NCBI GenBank assembly: GCA_040387855.1
Contig: JAZKCY010000001.1
Coordinates: 189,857 to 253,856 of the forward strand
Reading direction: 5' to 3'
DNA from: Patescibacteria group bacterium
GTDB taxonomy: Bacteria > Patescibacteriota > Minisyncoccia > Phycocordibacterales > JAKAEA01
Length of the DNA: 64,000 nucleotides
Shown here: positions 60,444 through 64,000 of the stretch, in pieces
Layout: every line of letters begins with the position of its first letter
Position numbering within the stretch: the first letter of the stretch is position 1
The notes under the pieces: model-generated
What the model saw: only the letters and a program-made list of their open reading frames with translations
What the model was told of the DNA's origin: nothing
Databases searched by the model: none
Translations under genes and position numbers: made by a program

Positions 60444-60998
60444 ATGATGTACATACTTTTAGCCATTGTAGCGGTAATAGTTCTATGGTTTATCGTTGCA
60501 TACAACGGTTTTGTCAGTCTTATTAATCGTGCAAAAGAAGCATGGGCTGACATTGATGTGCAGCTCAAACGACGGTATGACCTTATCCCAAATCTTGTAA
60601 ATACGGTAAAGGGATATGCAACGCATGAAAGTTCAGCATTTGAAAATGTAACAAAGGCTCGAGCAGCAGCAATTGGTGCGCAAAATATTAATGAAAAAGG
60701 GGAAGCAGAAAATATGCTCTCTGGTGCATTAAAATCACTCTTTGCAGTTGCCGAAGCATATCCAGATTTGAAAGCCAATCAAAACTTCCTCGAACTTCAG
60801 CGAGAACTTTCAGACACAGAAAATAAAATTCAAGCAGCTCGACGATTCTACAACGGTAATGTGCGAGACTTAAACACAAAGGCAGAATCATTTCCTTCAA
60901 ACATTGTGGCAAAAACATTCAGCTTTGGAAAAATGGAATTCTTTGAACTTGGTGCAGATGAAGCAGCAGCACGAAACCCAGTAGAAGTTAAATTCTAA
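60444..60998 (+). CDS. lemA: LemA family protein
   Basis: IDVQLKRRYDLIPNLV, EAYPDLKAN, ARRFYN. Confidence 0.95.
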   Translation: MMYILLAIVAVIVLWFIVAYNGFVSLINRAKEAWADIDVQLKRRYDLIPNLVNTVKGYATHESSAFENVTKARAAAIGAQNINEKGEAENMLSGALKSLFAVAEAYPDLKANQNFLELQRELSDTENKIQAARRFYNGNVRDLNTKAESFPSNIVAKTFSFGKMEFFELGADEAAARNPVEVKF

Positions 60999-61003
60999 AA
61001 AAC

Positions 61004-62983
61004 ATGACACAAGCACAGAGGACATGCTCTCGATTTTTAAAGAGTAGCATCATACTGCTCTGTGCTTTTGTTGTATTTGGAAGTGCATATTCTATTGCTC
61101 AAGCCCAAACTTCTGATCGAAGCTATAAATATGAATCCATCTATTATTCATATTCAATAAATAAAGATTCATCTGTTGATGCACGAGAAACTCAAACATA
61201 TATATTTCAGGGAACGTATCATGCTGCAGAGCGAATAATCCCACTTAATAAAATAGATGACATTACTGATATTTCAGTCGTAGATGCTACGACAGGTACA
61301 CCACTTATATATAGTACAGAGCCAATAGATAAAAATGATCCAGCAAGCTGGGGGAAATACACAGTCACTCTAGAAAACAGCAATTATTATATACGTTGGT
61401 ATTACGACCTTACTGATACTACTCATACGTGGATAGTGTCATATAAGCTTCACGGAGCAATTACATTCCTTAAAGAGAAAGATGAGTTCTATTGGAATTT
61501 ATTTGAAAGGTATGATGTGCCTATAGCACAGAGTAAAATTTCTGTAATGCTTCCCGATCATTCTTTTGGAACTAAAGGAATGAATGTTCAGCTGTATGCA
61601 AGTGGTGGAATTACGGGTAGCTCTGGTATTGTGAATTCTCGGTTGTTTGAATTTACTGCAGAGAATATCCAACCTGGTCAGCCTGTAACAATTGCCGCAG
61701 GTTGGGCAAAAGGAATTGTATCTAGGGCTTCGTATTGGAAATATTTCTTGTTCCAGTATTTACCATATGTAATTGCAATTCTTGTTGCTATTGGATCACT
61801 TATTATTGGACTCCTTCATTGGTACTTTACTGAGAAACATAATGTGGGCCGTGGCACTATTATCCCAGAATATGAACCTCCACAAAACTTGCGTCCTGCA
61901 ATGGCAGAAGCACTCGTAAAAGAGGGAATAAGCAATAAAGCATGGGCTGCAACAATAGTTGATTTGGCAGTTCGTGGTTATGTGAAAATTTCAGAAGAAA
62001 GTTCAAGCGTATGGAATAAAATGGTGTATGTTATTCCCATAGCTTTTTTCGGGCTATTTTTAGCACTATTTGTTATCCCATCTCTAGTTGAAGGTGACTT
62101 TCTTGGAGCACTAATTTTTGGGGGATTTGTTGTCTTGATAATCTTTTTTAGATTTATGGGTGGGAAATTAAATTTGGCTCCTAAAGATTACATTATTGAA
62201 AGACTGAAAGATCCTGTAGGTGATCCTCACCTTGAGAATTATGAAAAGAGTTTCATTGGCATTTTAGGAACACGTTTTTCTACAAAGGATATGAAACGAG
62301 CTAGTAAATCAACTAAATCTGAGATGGCCTCAGCTATGAGAGATCTAAAAACAGATTTGTATGCAGAAACAGATCTTGATACTCGTGCCTATTCAGTGCC
62401 ATTGTCACATTCTAAATATATAGGATATGCATTTGGATCTTTGTTTCTCATTGCATGGGTCGTTGGATTCTTTATGGAAAATATTCCCGGGGTAACTTTT
62501 GCAACAGGAATCCCAGGAAGTTATATTTTTTCTGGAATAGTATGTTTCATATCTCTTGGTTTCTTGTTCTTGTATATAAAATTTAATCCGCGGTTATCAG
62601 AAGAGGGAGCAATCTTACGAGAGAAATGGTTGGGATTCAAAATGTACTTAGAAACAGCAGAACGATATAGAATGCAAAATCTTACTCCAGAACTATTTGA
62701 AAAATATCTACCATATGCCATTATATTCGGGGTTGAAAAGAAATGGGCTCGATCATTTGAAAGTATCAACATTACACCTCCGTCTTGGTTTGTAGGCCCA
62801 GCCTATATTGGATCAACTGGTATCGCAAGCTCTGTAGGGGCATCATCATTCTCAGCCTCAGCGTTCTCATCTTCATTTTCTTCAAGTCTCACATCATCAT
62901 TCTCAAGTGCAGGTGGTGGTGCATCAGGTGGCGGTGGAAGCTCAGGTGGCGGCGGAGGAGGAGGTGGTGGAGGTGCTAGTTAA
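61004..62983 (+). CDS. DUF2207 membrane protein
   Basis: ATIVDLAVRGY, YLPYAIIFGV..W, Gly/Ser-rich tail. Confidence 0.88.
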   Translation: MTQAQRTCSRFLKSSIILLCAFVVFGSAYSIAQAQTSDRSYKYESIYYSYSINKDSSVDARETQTYIFQGTYHAAERIIPLNKIDDITDISVVDATTGTPLIYSTEPIDKNDPASWGKYTVTLENSNYYIRWYYDLTDTTHTWIVSYKLHGAITFLKEKDEFYWNLFERYDVPIAQSKISVMLPDHSFGTKGMNVQLYASGGITGSSGIVNSRLFEFTAENIQPGQPVTIAAGWAKGIVSRASYWKYFLFQYLPYVIAILVAIGSLIIGLLHWYFTEKHNVGRGTIIPEYEPPQNLRPAMAEALVKEGISNKAWAATIVDLAVRGYVKISEESSSVWNKMVYVIPIAFFGLFLALFVIPSLVEGDFLGALIFGGFVVLIIFFRFMGGKLNLAPKDYIIERLKDPVGDPHLENYEKSFIGILGTRFSTKDMKRASKSTKSEMASAMRDLKTDLYAETDLDTRAYSVPLSHSKYIGYAFGSLFLIAWVVGFFMENIPGVTFATGIPGSYIFSGIVCFISLGFLFLYIKFNPRLSEEGAILREKWLGFKMYLETAERYRMQNLTPELFEKYLPYAIIFGVEKKWARSFESINITPPSWFVGPAYIGSTGIASSVGASSFSASAFSSSFSSSLTSSFSSAGGGASGGGGSSGGGGGGGGGGAS

Positions 62984-62994
62984 TTCTGAACATT

Positions 62995-63882
62995 ATGAAT
63001 ATTTATCACGAACAAAGTAAGAACGTCTGGAAGACATGGTTTCTCATGATCATGTTTTTTGCAGTGATCATTGGAATTGGATTTGGATTTGCTCAAGCAT
63101 ACAATAATTCTATTATTCTCTACATTGCAGTTGGATTTAGTTTTTTTATGAATATCTTTAGTTATTGGTATTCAGATAAAATTGTGCTGAAAATGTATAA
63201 AGCACAAGAAGTAACAAATGAAAGTCATCCTGATTTGTATAACAGTGTAGAAAATTTGTGCATTACTGCGGGATTACCTTTACCTAAGATTTATGTAATT
63301 CCTGATGCAGCACCCAATGCTTTTGCTACAGGGAGAAATAAAAATCATGCAGCAGTGGCATTTTCATCCGGGCTTTTGCAAATGCTTAATAAATCAGAAC
63401 TTGAAGGAGTGATAGCTCACGAGCTTTCACATATTGGGAATAGAGATATTCTCATTTCAACTATTGTAGTTGTGCTTGTGGGATTTGTGAGTATTCTAGC
63501 TGACATGTTTTTGCACGGTGCGATGTGGGGAGGAATGAATCGTGATGATGACTCAAAAGGTAATGCAATCTCTGTTATTATTGGAATTGCATTAGCTATT
63601 TTAGCTCCATTAGCGGTAACTGTCATTCAGCTAGCTATCTCACGAAAAAGAGAATACCTTGCCGATGCATCTGGTGCACTGCTCACTCGATATCCAGAAG
63701 GACTTGCTTCAGCTCTTGAAAAAATTTCCTCTTACAACCGTCCTATGAATCATGCAACTCAAGCGACAGCGCATATGTTTATTGCAAATCCATTTGGAGG
63801 TCTAGGCAAACGTGCAGCAGGACTTTTTGCAACTCATCCACCTGCAGAAGATCGAATTAGAATTTTGCGAGGAATGAAATAA
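62995..63882 (+). CDS. htpX: M48 zinc metalloprotease HtpX
   Basis: PNAFATGR, AHELSH, SRKREYLAD, THPP...RI. Confidence 0.93.
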   Translation: MNIYHEQSKNVWKTWFLMIMFFAVIIGIGFGFAQAYNNSIILYIAVGFSFFMNIFSYWYSDKIVLKMYKAQEVTNESHPDLYNSVENLCITAGLPLPKIYVIPDAAPNAFATGRNKNHAAVAFSSGLLQMLNKSELEGVIAHELSHIGNRDILISTIVVVLVGFVSILADMFLHGAMWGGMNRDDDSKGNAISVIIGIALAILAPLAVTVIQLAISRKREYLADASGALLTRYPEGLASALEKISSYNRPMNHATQATAHMFIANPFGGLGKRAAGLFATHPPAEDRIRILRGMK

Positions 63883-63902
63883 TTACTAAATATATAAAAC
63901 AT

Positions 63903-64000
63903 ATGCTAATAAAAAATCAGATAAAAAATAAAGGCGCGATAGGTATATCAGCAATTATTGGAATTATAGTTGTAATTCTTATCATTGTAGGTGTTATGCT
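63903..64000 (+). CDS. Partial ORF with prepilin-like/hydrophobic N-terminus
   Basis: MLIKNQIKNKGAIGISAIIGIIVVILIIVGVM..., runs off the window. Confidence 0.5.
   Translation, partial: MLIKNQIKNKGAIGISAIIGIIVVILIIVGVM

Noticed and set aside
62840-62983. Low-complexity Ser/Gly repeat
   Set aside because: Normal C-terminal tail of DUF2207 proteins.

Overview
AT-rich bacterial chromosome segment, standard genetic code. Gene content and style (short RF2, prepilin, Gmad2/GerMN proteins, near-leaderless genes) suggest a Patescibacteria/CPR, Parcubacteria-like genome; this is an inference. Housekeeping genes include gatCA, prfB, ftsEX, pyrG, nrdAB, folD, rnj, secG, groES/EL, lemA, htpX and several tRNAs. 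The main feature is a ~17.1-kb integrative element (6515-23666) inserted in the anticodon loop of a tRNA-Thr(GGU) gene. The host gene is left split into a 5' half (6485-6522) and a 3' half (23659-23703) that share only an 8-bp core, ATTGGTAA. Instead of rebuilding the tRNA from an attP fragment, the element carries its own complete tRNA-Thr(GGU) (6645-6912), interrupted in the anticodon loop by a compact 192-nt group I intron. That copy could supply the tRNA after splicing while not being an intact attB at DNA level. The element has two co-oriented XerC/D-like recombinases, one at each end, and a restriction-modification-type controller (C) protein with C-boxes but no R-M genes. Cargo: a Fic toxin-antitoxin pair, a degenerate GIY-YIG plus proteasome-beta pair, a 2407-aa TcB/TcC-like Rhs toxin with its immunity gene and an orphan-immunity array, and a TerS-like gene. 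Outside the element: a class Ic (Tyr-less) ribonucleotide reductase whose alpha subunit lacks C-terminal cysteines, a class F sortase beside a tiny LPNTG substrate, a leader-peptide attenuator, an unidentified structured GC-rich element and two GC-rich gene islets.
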